Shown here piece after piece: positions 1 to 13,074 of a stretch of DNA of 64,000 nt. How positions within the stretch are numbered: the first letter of the stretch is position 1; the number at the start of each line of letters is the position of its first letter. The translations under genes were made by a program, and so were the position numbers. Under the pieces are notes generated by a model. The model saw nothing but the letters and a program-made list of their open reading frames with translations. It did no database searches and was not told the DNA's origin. The DNA lies in the NCBI GenBank assembly GCA_002269645.1, contig NIVC01001515.1, positions 62,001 through 126,000 of the forward strand, written 5' to 3'. This DNA comes from Macrostomum lignano. Lineage: Eukaryota.

Positions 1-680
1 TGGTGCAACCCTTTAGTATTTGCGTTTGTGATAGGTTCTGGTGCGCCTCAGCGATGTTGATAGCTGTCTCAAACGTGAGAGTGCTGAAGTCCTGTTCCAA
101 TAACTTGCTGATGGCCACCTTGTCATTCAAACCGAATACGAGCCGATCTCTCAGTCTCTCATCTCTGGATAGGCCAAACTGACACTTGTCTGCTTGCATG
201 CAGAGTTGCTGTGCATACTCACGAATGCTCATTGATGCCGTGCCAGTGATATGCTGGAAATTGAATCTCTCAGCCATGACGAACGTCTTTGGTTCCAGGA
301 TGCTGGCCAGTAGTTTGGTCAGTTCATCGAAGCTCTTTTCTCCCGGCTTCTTGGGAGCGGCTCGATCTGCCAATGCGTCGTATACAGCTTGGTGCTGAGC
401 TTCATCAGCAGCAGCTTGTTTTTCGTGTCGTCCTGCCAGCCGTTGAGTTCGCTGCACAGTGTGAATCGGTCCAACCACCTCTGGAAGTTCGAACTTTCAT
501 CGAGTTTTTCGATGTCAACTTGCTGTCCTCTCGATACTTGTGCGCTTGGATTCTGCGCTGTCGCTGTTGCAACTTTGTCGCTTGGACTGATTTCGACGAG
601 ATCGCAAGCGGTGGTGCTTTGTCGCTCGAAACCGTTTTACCAATTCCTTTAGTTGGCGATGCTGGCGTACTTCCAGGCAT
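1..680 (-). mobile_element. Ty3/Gypsy (Mag/K02A2.6-like) retrotransposon gag region, two frameshifts, runs off the window's left edge
   Basis: Minus-strand translation from ATG at 680, with frameshifts near ~540 and ~390, gives FQRWLDRFTLCSELNGW...YDALADRAAPKKPGEKSFDELTKLLASILEPK...ERFNF...LRDRLVFGLND...KLLEQDFSTLTFETAINIA, the typical Gypsy gag pattern. Confidence 0.85.
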
Positions 681-708
681 TTTCGTAGCCTATGCTTGCC
701 GACGCCAC

Positions 709-866
709 TGTTGTGCTTTTGGCTTTAGCCTTTGGCAATTGTCAGTCTAGCGGTCTGTTGACCTCTGACGCGTCTATCATTTATTTCATAACTCAATAGC
801 ATGGTTCAATTCATCAACGCAGTCGCGTAACAAAAATGTCTATGGCAAAGCCATCAACCCACAACA
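709..866 (-). mobile_element. 5' LTR of the Gypsy element, with adjacent primer-binding site at 695-707
   Basis: Termini are TGTTGT...ACAACA with extended imperfect inverted ends (ggcttt/aaagcc). On the minus strand the LTR end is followed by G then TGGCGTCGGCAAG, a tRNA-Ser-like PBS, about 25 bp before the gag ATG. Confidence 0.7.
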
Positions 867-1323
867 ACTACCGTCGAAATGGTCTGCGCTCTTGTGTCAC
901 TACCGTCAAAATTGTCTGCGCACTTGTGTCACTGCCGCGTTTGCGCGCTTCTGCCTGTGCGCGCTATCTATGTCAAATCGTAAAGAATACACATGCGCGC
1001 TTATCTCAGGCGCGCTTATTCAGCCCTCCCAGCACCGAAACTAGACAACTCGAACAAAATCTACTTCTCACTTTTCTATACGAGCTAATTATTTAAAAGG
1101 GCCAAATTTCTGTTGTACCATATATGAAGCCTCTTTTTACTGATGCTGCAGGTCTGTCTATTTAATTAGAAATACTGATTTTGTTAGATTTTCCCTCCAA
1201 ATATGGCTCCCTAAACGTTCGCCTCTTTGTTCTCCAAATTTCCCATTTCTGTCTGCAAGCCTCATTAAAGAGGCGGAAAGGATTTCATGGCTTGGACTTT
1301 TCTGCACCATTGTTTCACCATTG

Positions 1324-2110
<787 letters not shown>

Positions 2111-2755
2111 GACAACACAACCCACTTGAACTGTAATGCGGGCAATAGACGGTCGGACGAACTTCAAGCTGGAGAAACTTCCGAACAGGTTGAGTCTGCA
2201 AAGGTTGAGTCTAGGACGCTTAAATTGTGTCCTAGGCAGGCACAACTCTGGAACTACAGGAGACAGACGAGGTTGAGCTCCCTTTGCCGTAATCTCGCAG
2301 CAATTATTCCTCCTCGTAAAGCTGCGGTGTAGCGACCAGCAGGTGGAAATATAATAATGCCAGATTTCACAGGCGCTGCTACTCGTAATGCTGCGTCACT
2401 GCATGCTGCAGTGAAATCGCTTTGTCCTCCGCGCATCACCTGTTCTCTCCGAAGACCCTGGATGGCAACCTAAGAAACGGTCGGTCGGGCGTGCCTTTGC
2501 ATGTCTGGCGCAATCGTAATAAAATAGTGGCTTCTAATTGACAACTATTATTATGCCCACAGTCAGACATATTGGCTTTCTAACGGTAATGAGATTATTT
2601 AGATGCTAGCACCCGCTGACGTAAGCTTCGAGTAGTTGGAAAATTTATTTAATGACTTGCTGGCAGACTGAAACATTTGTTGGCTTCAATTAGCTGGCTG
2701 AAGACAATGCAATGATGAAGTCCTTGGCTGGAGATCTACTAACGATCTACTTATT

Positions 2756-3670
2756 ATCTATAACAATCTGCCAAATATCTATAACAATCTATAAACAGTC
2801 TATAACAATCTGCCAAATATCTATAACAATCTATAAACAATCTATAACAATCTGCCAAATATCTATAACAATCTATAAACAATCTATAACAATCTGCCAA
2901 ATATCTATAACAATCTATAAACAATCTATAACAATCTGCCAAATATCTATAACAATCTATAAACAATCTATAACAATCTGCCAAATATATATAACAATCT
3001 ATAAACTATCTATAACAATCTGCCAAATATCTATAACAATCTATAAACAGTCTATAACAATCTGCCAAATATCTATAACAATCTTTAAACAATCTATAAC
3101 AATCTGCCAAATATATATACCAATCTATAAACTATCTATAACAATCTGCCAAATATCTATAACAATCTATAAACTATCTATAACAGTCTGCCAAATATCT
3201 ATAACAATCTATAAACAATCTATAACAATCTGCCAAATATATATAACAATCTATAAACTATCTATAACAATCTGCCAAATATCTATAACAATCTATAAAC
3301 AGTCTATAACAATCTGCCAAATATCTATAACAATCTTTAAACAATCTATAACAATCTGCCAAATATATATACCAATCTATAAACTATCTATAACAATCTG
3401 CCAAATATCTATAACAATCTATAAACTATCTATAACAGTCTGCCAAATATCTATAACAATCTGCCAAATATCTATAACAATCTATAAACTATCTATAACA
3501 ATCTGCCAAATATCTATAACAATCTATAAACTATCTATAACAATCTGCCAAATATCTATAACAATCTGCCAAATATCTATAACAATCTATAAACAATCTA
3601 TAACAATCTGCCAAATATCTATAACAATCTATAAACAATCTATAACAATCTATAAACTAGCTAACAATCT
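2756..3670. repeat. 42-bp higher-order minisatellite built from 10/11-bp subunits
   Basis: Unit is tataacaatc-tgccaaatatc-tataacaatc-tataaacaatc. Confidence 0.95.
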
Positions 3671-4554
3671 TGCATCTGCCGGCTAACAATGCACTGCTAT
3701 GTAATGAGGGGACGATTAGACAAGCTTTTCTTTATAAAGCTTTATCAAACCATGAATAATTCAATCTATCTTTCGTCTGGCTCATATAAACCTAAAAGCA
3801 AGAAGGCTTAAATTCGCGATTTAGTTTTTGCAGACAGTCAGTACGCCTTGAGCACTATTTGAAAAGTGATCTGAATATTGCGAATATTGCAACCTAAAAG
3901 TTCGGATTAATGTCCTCGCGTATTAGGAAACATGACGGCGGCTGTGGAGCATTAGCCATCACTTTCTCACTAATTCGCGAAAATTCGCGACCTACTCGCT
4001 ATGGTGGCAGAGTCACTTGTGAAGCTGGCTCTCTCTGACTGAACTGAGCGCCCGTCTCCGTGCGGGATTAAGAGCTGAGACTATTTTTAAGCAATCTGAA
4101 CGGCGGGATAAGCTGATGGGGGATTTATACTGTCTCGCGATAGACTCCAGCCTGCTCAACCTGATCGAAGGGCGGGCAGTGCGAGCAGCCTGTCAATTTG
4201 ATAATCTCTAATTAGACAAACCAAGGAGATTAAAGCAAGGTTAATATTAGCGACATTAGTCAATCCATCTGTTCAACAGGGCACGCGAATGACTGGATTT
4301 CTTGACAGATTTTTAAAAATGATTGCACGATGGTGCGGGTAACAACAGCGAGTGACAATGCCACGTGAGCTGCCGTAGTGCCCGGGATCTTTTAATGTCG
4401 ACTGTAATTTGAAACCAAGGAAGCGGCAGAGATTAGCTAAGAATTTCACGGGGGATTTTGTGAACTGCATCGTGCGACTGACAGAAATGGAGGCTTTTAA
4501 CAGGGGAGGCTCAGGTAGCTTAAAATGGGCTTAAAACGGTAGGATTTATGCAGG

Positions 4555-5388
4555 TAGCTGAAAACCAACCAAGCTAGCTGACAGCCAACCGGGTTAGCTG
4601 ACAACCAACCGGGCTAGCTGACAACCTCTGAGCTAGCTGGCAACCTAACCGAGCTAGCTGAAAACCTACCGGGAGAGCTGAAAACCTACCGGGAGAGCTG
4701 ACAACCTACTGGGAGAGCTGAAAACCTACCGGGCTAGTTGACAACCTACCGAGCTAGCTGACAATCTACCAGGCTAGCTGACAACCAACCGGGTTAGCTG
4801 ACAACCAACCGGGCTAGCTGACAACCTCTGAGCTAGCTGGCAACCTTACCGAGCTAGGTGGCAACCTTACCGAGCTAGCTGACAACCTACCGGGAGAGCT
4901 GACAACCTACCGGGAGAGCTGACAACCTACCGGGAGAACTTACAACCTACCGGGAGAGCTGGCAACCTACTGGGCTAGCTGACAAACTACCGAGCTAGCT
5001 GACAATCTACCAGGCTAGCTGACAACCTACCGGGAGAACTGACAACCTATTGGGGTAGCTGGCAATCTACTGGGCTAGCTGACAACCTACCGGGAGAACT
5101 GACAACCTATTGGGGTAGCTGGCAACCTACTGGGCTAGCTGACAACCTACCGGGAGAACTGACAACCTATTGGGGTAGCTGGCAACCTACTGGGCTAGCT
5201 GACAACCTACCGGGAGAACTGACAATTCCTATTGGGGTAGCTGGCAACCTACTGGGCTAGCTGACAACCTACCGGGAGAACTGACAATTCCTATTGGGGT
5301 AGCTGGCAACCTACTGGGCTAGCTGACAACCTACCGGGAGAACTGACAATTCCTATTGGGGTAGCTGGCAACCTACTGGGCTAGCTGA
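4555..5388. repeat. 20-bp minisatellite (gctgacaacctaccgggcta-like)
   Basis: About 40 diverged tandem copies, with higher-order 60/62-bp blocks in the distal half. Confidence 0.95.
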
Positions 5389-6110
5389 AGACGCTGCAGG
5401 TCAGGCTGCCAGCGAGTCACTGTTATTTCTGCCTCTCCAGCTGATTTGAATTTCTGTTTTGACTATGGAACAGATTTTTCAGCAGGTTGTGTTTTAGAGA
5501 TTTTAGCAATCCTTGGAAAACCAAAGGTTCCGCACTTAATTCCTTAATTGTGCACTTAATTCCTTAATAATAAACAAATCTGGTCACCTTTTCGTGACTC
5601 TTGAATCTTCAATTCACTTGTCTACCTCCTGACACCGGCATTGCGTGCCTGCCTTAGACTTTCTCCCGCCCAATTAATTTGCTCCCAGGTAAGTCTGTGC
5701 GGGCCACCTGTGGGAGTTGCCAAGCGCAAGCCAACTGGATCACCTGGCTGTCCCCTCGTGATGTTTAAACATTCGCCGGCTAATGAAGTCTTAATAAGAG
5801 TTTCGAGAGAATCTGGAGCCGACACGCCAGTGAGTCGGGGAGCGTGTTAAAAATTCCAAAGTGGAAAACAGCCGAGCGACCGCTTTTCAGCTCCGGTCAC
5901 GTTAGCGATAGGACCTGCTGGAAGCCTAGCCAGAGAAACCTCTTCTAAAAGAAAATTTTGCTACAAATTAGGCACAGTCGTCTTTGACTGATTTTGTTGC
6001 TGCGTCACCGCGCTTCCGTCTTTTCTTCTGTTCGAGCTGGGCATGCAAAACTTGAGCATCAGGACTGCACGCTCACATCGCTAGACTTTATTTGGTCTAA
6101 ACTAGATCCG

Positions 6111-6730
6111 GGATCTAGGATCTGGGATCTAGGATCTGGGATCTAGGATCTGGGATCTAGGATCTGGGATCTAGGATCTGGGATCTAGGATCTGGGATCT
6201 AGGATCTGGGATCTAGGATCTGGGATCTAGGATCTGGGATCTAGGATCTGGGATCTAGGATCTGGGATCTAGGATCTGGGATCTAGGATCTGGGATCTAG
6301 GATCTGGGATCTAGGATCTGGGATCTAGGATCTGGGATCTAGGATCTGGGATCTAGGATCTGGGATCTAGGATCTGGGATCTAGGATCTGGGATCTAGGA
6401 TCTGGGATCTAGGATCTGGGATCTAGGATCTGGGATCTAGGATCTGGGATCTAGGATCTGGGATCTAGGATCTGGGATCTAGGATCTGGGATCTAGGATC
6501 TGGGATCTAGGATCTGGGATCTAGGATCTGGGATCTAGGATCTGGGATCTAGGATCTGGGATCTAGGATCTGGGATCTAGGATCTGGGATCTAGGATCTG
6601 GGATCTAGGATCTGGGATCTAGGATCTGGGATCTAGGATCTGGGATCTAGGATCTGGGATCTAGGATCTGGGATCTAGGATCTGGGATCTAGGATCTGGG
6701 ATCTAGGATCTGGGATCTAGGATCTGGGAT
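6111..6730. repeat. Perfect 14-bp satellite (GGATCTAGGATCTG)n, ~44 copies
   Basis: No mismatches seen across the array. The unit is two 7-mers differing at one base. Confidence 0.99.
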
Positions 6731-6980
6731 CCAGCCTTATACACACTCATACACAGGCTCACAAAGGGTGTACGAGCTACAGCGGCCCTGACTTTCTAAC
6801 CATCAGCCTTCCATACACCTGATGGAAGCATGGGAGACCCTGTGTCTTGGGCGTTGACATCACGGGTGTAAATCTCTCGGCACACCATTTTTGTGTACAA
6901 TTTTCGAGCAAATGAATGTGGCGGCATTCGAACCAGAGCCTGAGTCAGACGCGTTTGCGATTGGGCTGCTGCCCCCCCCC
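6731..6980 (-). mobile_element. Diverged tRNA-derived SINE related to the 12702 family, 3'-truncated
   Basis: Minus-strand head GGGGCAGCAGCCCAATCGC...GGTTCGAATGCC has A- and B-box-like motifs. It shares the acacagg...gtgtac...agcggccct(g/a)acttt block with 12702-13074. Confidence 0.55.
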
Positions 6981-8012
6981 CATTCCTCTGTCTGTCTGCG
7001 GGCTCGCGTTTGCAGTTAGACTGAACTTAGTGAAATTCGATCAAGATGAAGGATGCTGAGCAAGATGCGGAGCAGCATTTCCGATCGCTATTGATAAGCT
7101 CTAAGACTTGTTTTTTAAGGTCAAGAAACGTGAGTGCGTGAGCAGGAACCAGATGCTGTGTATATATTTATTTGAAGAAGAACATGCATTATAACATAGG
7201 AACTGCAAATTAGGAATGCTGCGCCAAGGTTCACGCGGAGGCAGGGATAAACACTTGTGCCTCATCTGGCTTATATTTCCAAGCACCTTGTCCAGCAAAT
7301 TCGCACAAGGGTTATCAAGAAGCTTCCCAGCTGCAGCAGGCCATCCCCATCAGAAAGCAAGTCACCATATGGTCGAGTTGTTTTTCTCGAGTTCGCCTGA
7401 GCACACCTGAGAGCCTCCTCCTCGGTCGGGTCCAGAAACAAGGCGGTCAAGCTGGTTTCATTTGGCAAATTGTCACGTGTTGATTGTCTCCAGTGAGACA
7501 CTGGCTGGTTTATTAGTCAGTGCAGGTGCGATGTACGCGTGATGTTTTTACTAACTTGCACAATGGGCCGCTTTTTGGGATGGCTTTGCCGCAGACCGAA
7601 GACGGATCGGGAACCAATGTGAAATCCCAGCCTGCTAGCTCTGTGTTTTTCTCATTTCCTTAATCGAAATTTCCAATGCTTTTTACTGCAGTGGTTTACT
7701 GCGGGCTGTATGCAGAATTGAACACTTTGTTGCATGTTTTATAGGGCTATTGTATTTCATGACAGGGTGCAGAACAGTCAAGTCGGAGGTGGGCACACTT
7801 AGGGAGAGGGGGCGCGAGTTTAAACAAACTGGAAACAGTTTATAGAGACAGAAAATTCACTTATACATTCACAAGACAAAATTCTGTGAGATGGAATTCA
7901 CCATACAGAGCTGCACTCGTGGGCAAACATAAAAAATAGACTCTTGACTTTCTGTTCATCGAATTTGACTTTCTTCACTGTTACAATCAACGTCTTTCGC
8001 GGGCATCAAAGT

Positions 8013-9982
8013 TCAACTGAGATCGTTCAGCTCGAACTGCCGGTCCCCGGCTCGCTTCCGGAACGGGCACAGCCAGCACGTGTTGCAGCCGTCTCTGCCG
8101 TCGCGACCGCCACAGCAGCAACAGTCGCAACAGGAGCCGAAGATGTTGCACAAGCAGAGCAGGCAACAGACGCAGCAGCCGTGCCGGCGTCGGCGCCTGT
8201 AGAAGTTGCGAACCAGACGGCGAAGCCGGCGCCTGTATGGCGAATGCGTGGCCACCAGGAAGCAGGGGTTCACGAGGCAGTTCGACAGCGCCAGCAGGTG
8301 GAATACGAAGGCCAACTTGTGCGACAGTTCAGCGTTCCACACCCTGGAGTCCGGGCGGGCCCGGATGAGCTGAAAGCACTGGATTGGCAGCCAGGTGACG
8401 GCGAAAATCACCACTAGGGCTACGGCTAGGAGGAACATTCGGCGAGAGGTTGCCAGCCGGCGACGCTGGCTGATGGCATTGCAGGTGGATGGCGGCAGCG
8501 GCGGAGTGGCCTGGTGCCGCCGCTGCTGCTGGCGCTGCTGCTGCTTCTGTTGTTGTTGCTGCTGTTGCTGCTGCTGGCGCTGCTGCAGGCTGCTGAGCCG
8601 TACGAGGGTCGTGTCCGCAGCACCGCGGTAGCCAGCGCTGACCATCTCCTGCCAGCGACGATGCGCGTTCAGAATGCGGTTGGACAGGTAGATGACGCGG
8701 CAGATGCGGCAATAGGCGGCAGCCAGGCTGAGCAGCGGCAGGAGGAAGGCCAAGCATAGGATGGCCAGGCCGTACCTGCAGGCCGTGGGTTAATGGGTAT
8801 GCTCAGCGTCTGCCTTTGTGCTCTGTCCCTACCTCTGTCCCTACCCTCTGTCCCACCCTCTGTCCCTACCCTCTGTCCCTACTCTCTGTCCCACCCTCTG
8901 TCTCTAACCCTCTGTTCCGACCCTCTGTCCCACCCTCTGTCCCTACCCTCTGTCCCTACCCTCTGTCCCTACTCTCTGTCCCACCCTCTGTCTCTAACCC
9001 TCTGTCCCTACCCTCTGTCCCTACCCTCTGTCCCTACCCTCTATCCCTAACCCTCTGTCGCTACCCTCTGTCCCTACCCTCTGTCCCTACCCTCTGTCGC
9101 TACCCTCTGCCCCTACCCTCTGTACTACCCTCTGTCCCTACCCTCTTAGTGCTCTGCCGCAGCCCGCCTACAGTTTTGCTACTTCAGCACTCTGATGTCC
9201 CCAGTTCTCTGCAGCGGGCAAAAGTTCGAACTCAATCTGAATTTGAGCTTAAGTTGCGCAACAGCCTGAGCTCACCAGAAGCTGGCGTTGAACTGCCGCT
9301 GCCCCTCCGCGTCGGCCTCTGTCGCCGACTGGTTGCCCCAGTTTTCTCGGCACACCGGCCAGCTGATTGGCCGGTCCAGTTTGTCCGCGAGGTGGCCGGA
9401 GATGCCGTCGTACTGCTCCTGCAGCTCGGACACCGCGCCAGCGGGCAAGGCGGCCAGGCCGGCCAGCAGCCAGATGGCACCGATGGCGGCCAGCTCGCGG
9501 CCGAGGCTGCGCCGCCTGTCAATCCAGTTGAAGGTCAGCCGGCCGGCGCCGAGGCAGCGCAGCCAGCTGACGCCGGTGAGGGTCAGCACGCTGCTGCACA
9601 TGAGGCAGACGCTGAGCGCGTGCACCGCCTTGCAGCCGGCCTCGCCCAACAGCCAGCGGTCGTCGATCTGGTCGCGGCCGCTAGCCGGCAGGATCAGCAG
9701 CGCCGACAGCAGGTCGCAGACGATCAAATTCAAATAGAAGCAGCGATAATTCGATGCCCGGCTCTCGCGCCAGGTTGACAGGATGGCGTACAGCATGAGG
9801 CTGTTGGCCAGCACCGCGCACAGCAGAACCGCGATGTAGCCGGCTGCGGCAGCCTGGTAGAAGCTCTCGGACAGCTTGGTCTCGACCGTGACGCTGTAGA
9901 TTGCCTCCTCGATGCAGGCGGCCATCGCCTCGGTGCCGTTGCAGATCGCGGCCAGCGATTCGGCAGCCTGGGCGGAGTTCAT
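8013..9982 (-). CDS. Class A (rhodopsin-like) neuropeptide receptor, NPY/NPF/PrRP-like; 2 exons (9982-9276, 8775-8013), ~489 aa
   Basis: Seven hydrophobic helices: TM1 AVLANSLM, TM2 NLIVCD..P, ECL1 WLLGEAGC, TM4 W..P, ECL2 CRENW, TM5 FLLP...Y, TM6 FAVTWLP, TM7 SNCLVNP. The GT-AG intron 9275-8776 is phase 2 and rebuilds F-W-Y. N-terminal NGT sequon present. Confidence 0.9.
8822..9145. repeat. 13-bp minisatellite (ccctctgtcccta) inside the GPCR intron
   Basis: Direct tandem array. Confidence 0.95.
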
Positions 9983-10537
9983 CGCTGTTGCCTCTTGTTG
10001 TCCGGTGGCCAGTCGAGTCGGGAAGGGAAGTGGCTGAAGGAGTTCGCCAGCTGCCGGTTCATATATAGAGATGGACGAGGCGCGGAGAGGGTCGGGCGGA
10101 GCTTCGAGTCCTGCCGGTGATTTTGCAGCCCTCGACCAATCGCAGGCGCAGGGGACGGAATGTCCACTAGCCGTTCTGTGCATCGCAGCCTGTCCATGGG
10201 TTGGGAGGTGCATTGGAATTGTGAGCAGATTTGTCACTCTTGACGTCAAAGCTAATCAATTTATTCCATTTAACGGTGCTACTGATTGAAGGTGGCATTT
10301 TAGTTTTAAGGTAAGCCATATTAGCTCATTAATGAATAATTTGATGAATCAATAAAGTCAAATTATGATGATGAAGTTACTACTTTAACCTCTTTGAGTA
10401 ACTGAGAAAGTACACCCTGTGTGAGCGTGTGCCTGCGTATCTATCCGTGCTGGGGGGGGGGGTTCAGGGGAACTGGCGTTATTAAGTACGCTCGTATTAT
10501 TATTAAAGGTATTAATAAATTTGGGAGCACGAGAATC

Positions 10538-10755
10538 TCCCGCAGGGTTTTTACAGTCGGAATTTCAAGTCAAATCCTGTCTATAGACAGTGCTGGACTA
10601 AATTTGAACTAACCAACTAATCTAGACTAGACTAGACTAGACTAGACTAGACTAGACTAGACTAGACTAGACTAGACTAGACTAGACTAGACTAGACTAG
10701 ATTTAAAATCCAATTGGATTTGACTTGAAATTCCGACTGTAAAAACCCTGCGGGA
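10538..10755. mobile_element. MITE/foldback-like element: perfect 40-bp inverted repeats enclosing a (CTAGA)n array
   Basis: 10538-10577 is the exact reverse complement of 10716-10755. About 16 CTAGA units lie at 10622-10701. Confidence 0.75.
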
Positions 10756-12701
10756 AAACCTCGGTGGGAAATTCTCATAGACTCATAAGTTTTGCTATTT
10801 CGTACAAATAAAACTGAGTACTGTGTAAATACGACTAGGCAACTTTGGCTTATTTTATTTAATACTTTTCTGTGTGCCTTCTCTGACCTAGCATGGACCA
10901 GCGCGGAGTCAACCATCTCGCAAGCATCTTGAGACAACCGCCTTCAGTGATAAGGTTGAATTGAATCGATATTTTATATTTCAATGCCGGAAGTCAGTCG
11001 CTCCGACATTGGGAGAATTGAACTGGCAGTTCAGCTAGTAAATCTTTGCCACCTGAATCGGGATTGAATTAATCGAATTGCCGCCCAGTTAATCCCAGCC
11101 AGCTGAGATCCCCTATCTTTTATCGCTGTCCCCTGCCTCAAACTCTGCATCCCAGCCCTGTAAAAGCCTTTCTCTGTCCTGAAAACTGCTAGATTAAACT
11201 TTTTCTCGTAGATCAAAGTCTGAAGTTACTTCTGGAATTCATTTTTGCATATATAGCTTCATCATGCCTATAGTTCCTAACGGCCAAGGGTCTGAAGCCA
11301 AGCGTATTAAAAATACTCACCATTTCTAATATCGTGCAAACAGGAAATACTTAAAACTTACTGTAGGTTTCAATATAAAATTTGAACTTAAAATTCTATA
11401 AAATCTTAGTGTTTTGACGGCTATCCGAAAAGTTTTGGTTGCCTTAATAAGAACAAATTTGTGAATAAAAAATCACAAAAGCTTTTTGTAATGGCAAAGA
11501 AGGTCATAAAATAGTTTACAGATTTGCCGTCAAGGCCTCACGCGAGCTCAACGAAAGTGAGCCCTGCTGTACTTTGTCACGGCATCGAGTGTGGTCTGTT
11601 GCTGTTCTCTCTCAGACCTCCCGAACACCCTCACACGCACTGCCTATATTGATGGGGCTTCTAATTTGTTTAGAACGTACCAGGTATCTCAGATTTTCAT
11701 AAGTAGCTGACTGTTGATTTACCAGTCAGAACTCCGAACTCAATGACTGTCCGAGCGTTAAAACGAGTGAACAGTCAGTTGACGCAGACATTAGAATCCT
11801 AATTTTCTAAACGAAAAGCTTTATAAATATCAATAAAGCTATAAGAATGGCACAACATATTAAAAGATGAACAACATTGGGTCTGCCTCCAAACATTGGA
11901 AAGCAATAACAATTTTTGTGTTGAAAAAAAATGAAATCTTCCTAAATGTACTCGTATCTCCGTAGTGTATTTTTTGGAAAAACCTGCCTAATAAAATTTC
12001 CGAGAAACGAGCTTTCGCGTCCTACTTGAGTTGTCCTTCTGCCCACTGTTTCAGCCCACTGCGGCAAGCGTAAGTCAGTGGACCAAAAAACTCTAAAAAC
12101 AATTTATGCTTTTACATATATGCCTCCAGCTTATTCATTAGTCATTTGCCAATAGACCAAAAAAACAGATAACAGAAATGAAATTTAAGCGGTAGACACA
12201 CTGGTTCAGCGCAGCAACACAGTACAGCTGCACAACGAGCTGATGAATTTACCTACATGTATGTCTAGACTAGATTCTCTTGATGGGCCTGAAGTCTCTT
12301 GAACAAGTTCTCATTTCCCTCCGTTTAGCTTTGTATCTCTGTAAAACTAGTCTGCTAATCAATAGTTGTGTTAGACAGGAAATCACTAGTCAAGAGACGC
12401 TCAGCCAGAACAGCTCACTAACTTTGATTGCTACTCTTCAAGACTGCGTCTGAAATTAAATCAACTTGCATGATCATTTCCTATTCAGGACACAGCAGCC
12501 ACTTTTGATGTCGCCAAATCTATGATTACATGCGATTGTCCATGCATCGGGGCAGGCGTGCAGGGGCTGGTGTTCCGCAGGGGCGATACGCTGGCACAGT
12601 TCCACTTTGTCCTGCTGTTGGACTGGGTGCACCGGAAAGCTTGGCACTGCTCGATTGACATGTGGAGTTGGATAAAGTAAAAAAAATCAGCCATCTATCA
12701 T

Positions 12702-13074
12702 TTTTTTAATAGAGGCAGGGGGGTTGTGTGCACCCTGGCGCACTTTAAGCGACATAGGCACACAACCGGCGAGAGGCATTACTGCCCATTCCGCCGACTC
12801 CCCTGAGCAGGCACACAAGCGCGCGGATACGTACGCAGTCACACGCACAGGCACACACTCACACAGGAGTGTACAGCGGCCCTAACTTTATTTGATCGTT
12901 AGGCATGTACACTTCACTGTGCCTTGGGGGGTTGGCTCTCAAGGCCGTTAATTGCACGAGCAGAGCCAAGCCGAGATTCCAATTCAGCCCCAAATTAATG
13001 TGACTGCACTTGGAATCGAGCCTGGGCCGCTGGCACACCAGAGCAGCTGCGCTACCGCTGGGCTACGGCCCCCC
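12702..13074 (-). mobile_element. tRNA-derived SINE (family 1), full length, 15-bp target-site duplication
   Basis: Head GGGGCCGTAGCCCAGCGG (A-box) ... GGCTCGATTCC (B-box), A-rich tail. TSD tcagccatctatcat at 12687-12701 and 13075-13089. A second copy lies at 58520-58886. Confidence 0.9.

Noticed and set aside
868-935. Two 32-bp direct repeats beginning (ca)ctaccg as a possible CACTA terminus
   Set aside because: No matching opposite end or transposase was found.
7101-7501. Coding-like minus-strand frames downstream of the GPCR
   Set aside because: They are fragmented across frames and no family motif was recognised with confidence.
8816-9778. 320-aa plus-strand ORF and other ORFs overlapping the GPCR
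   Set aside because: They are antisense or shadow frames of GC-rich coding sequence plus minisatellite.
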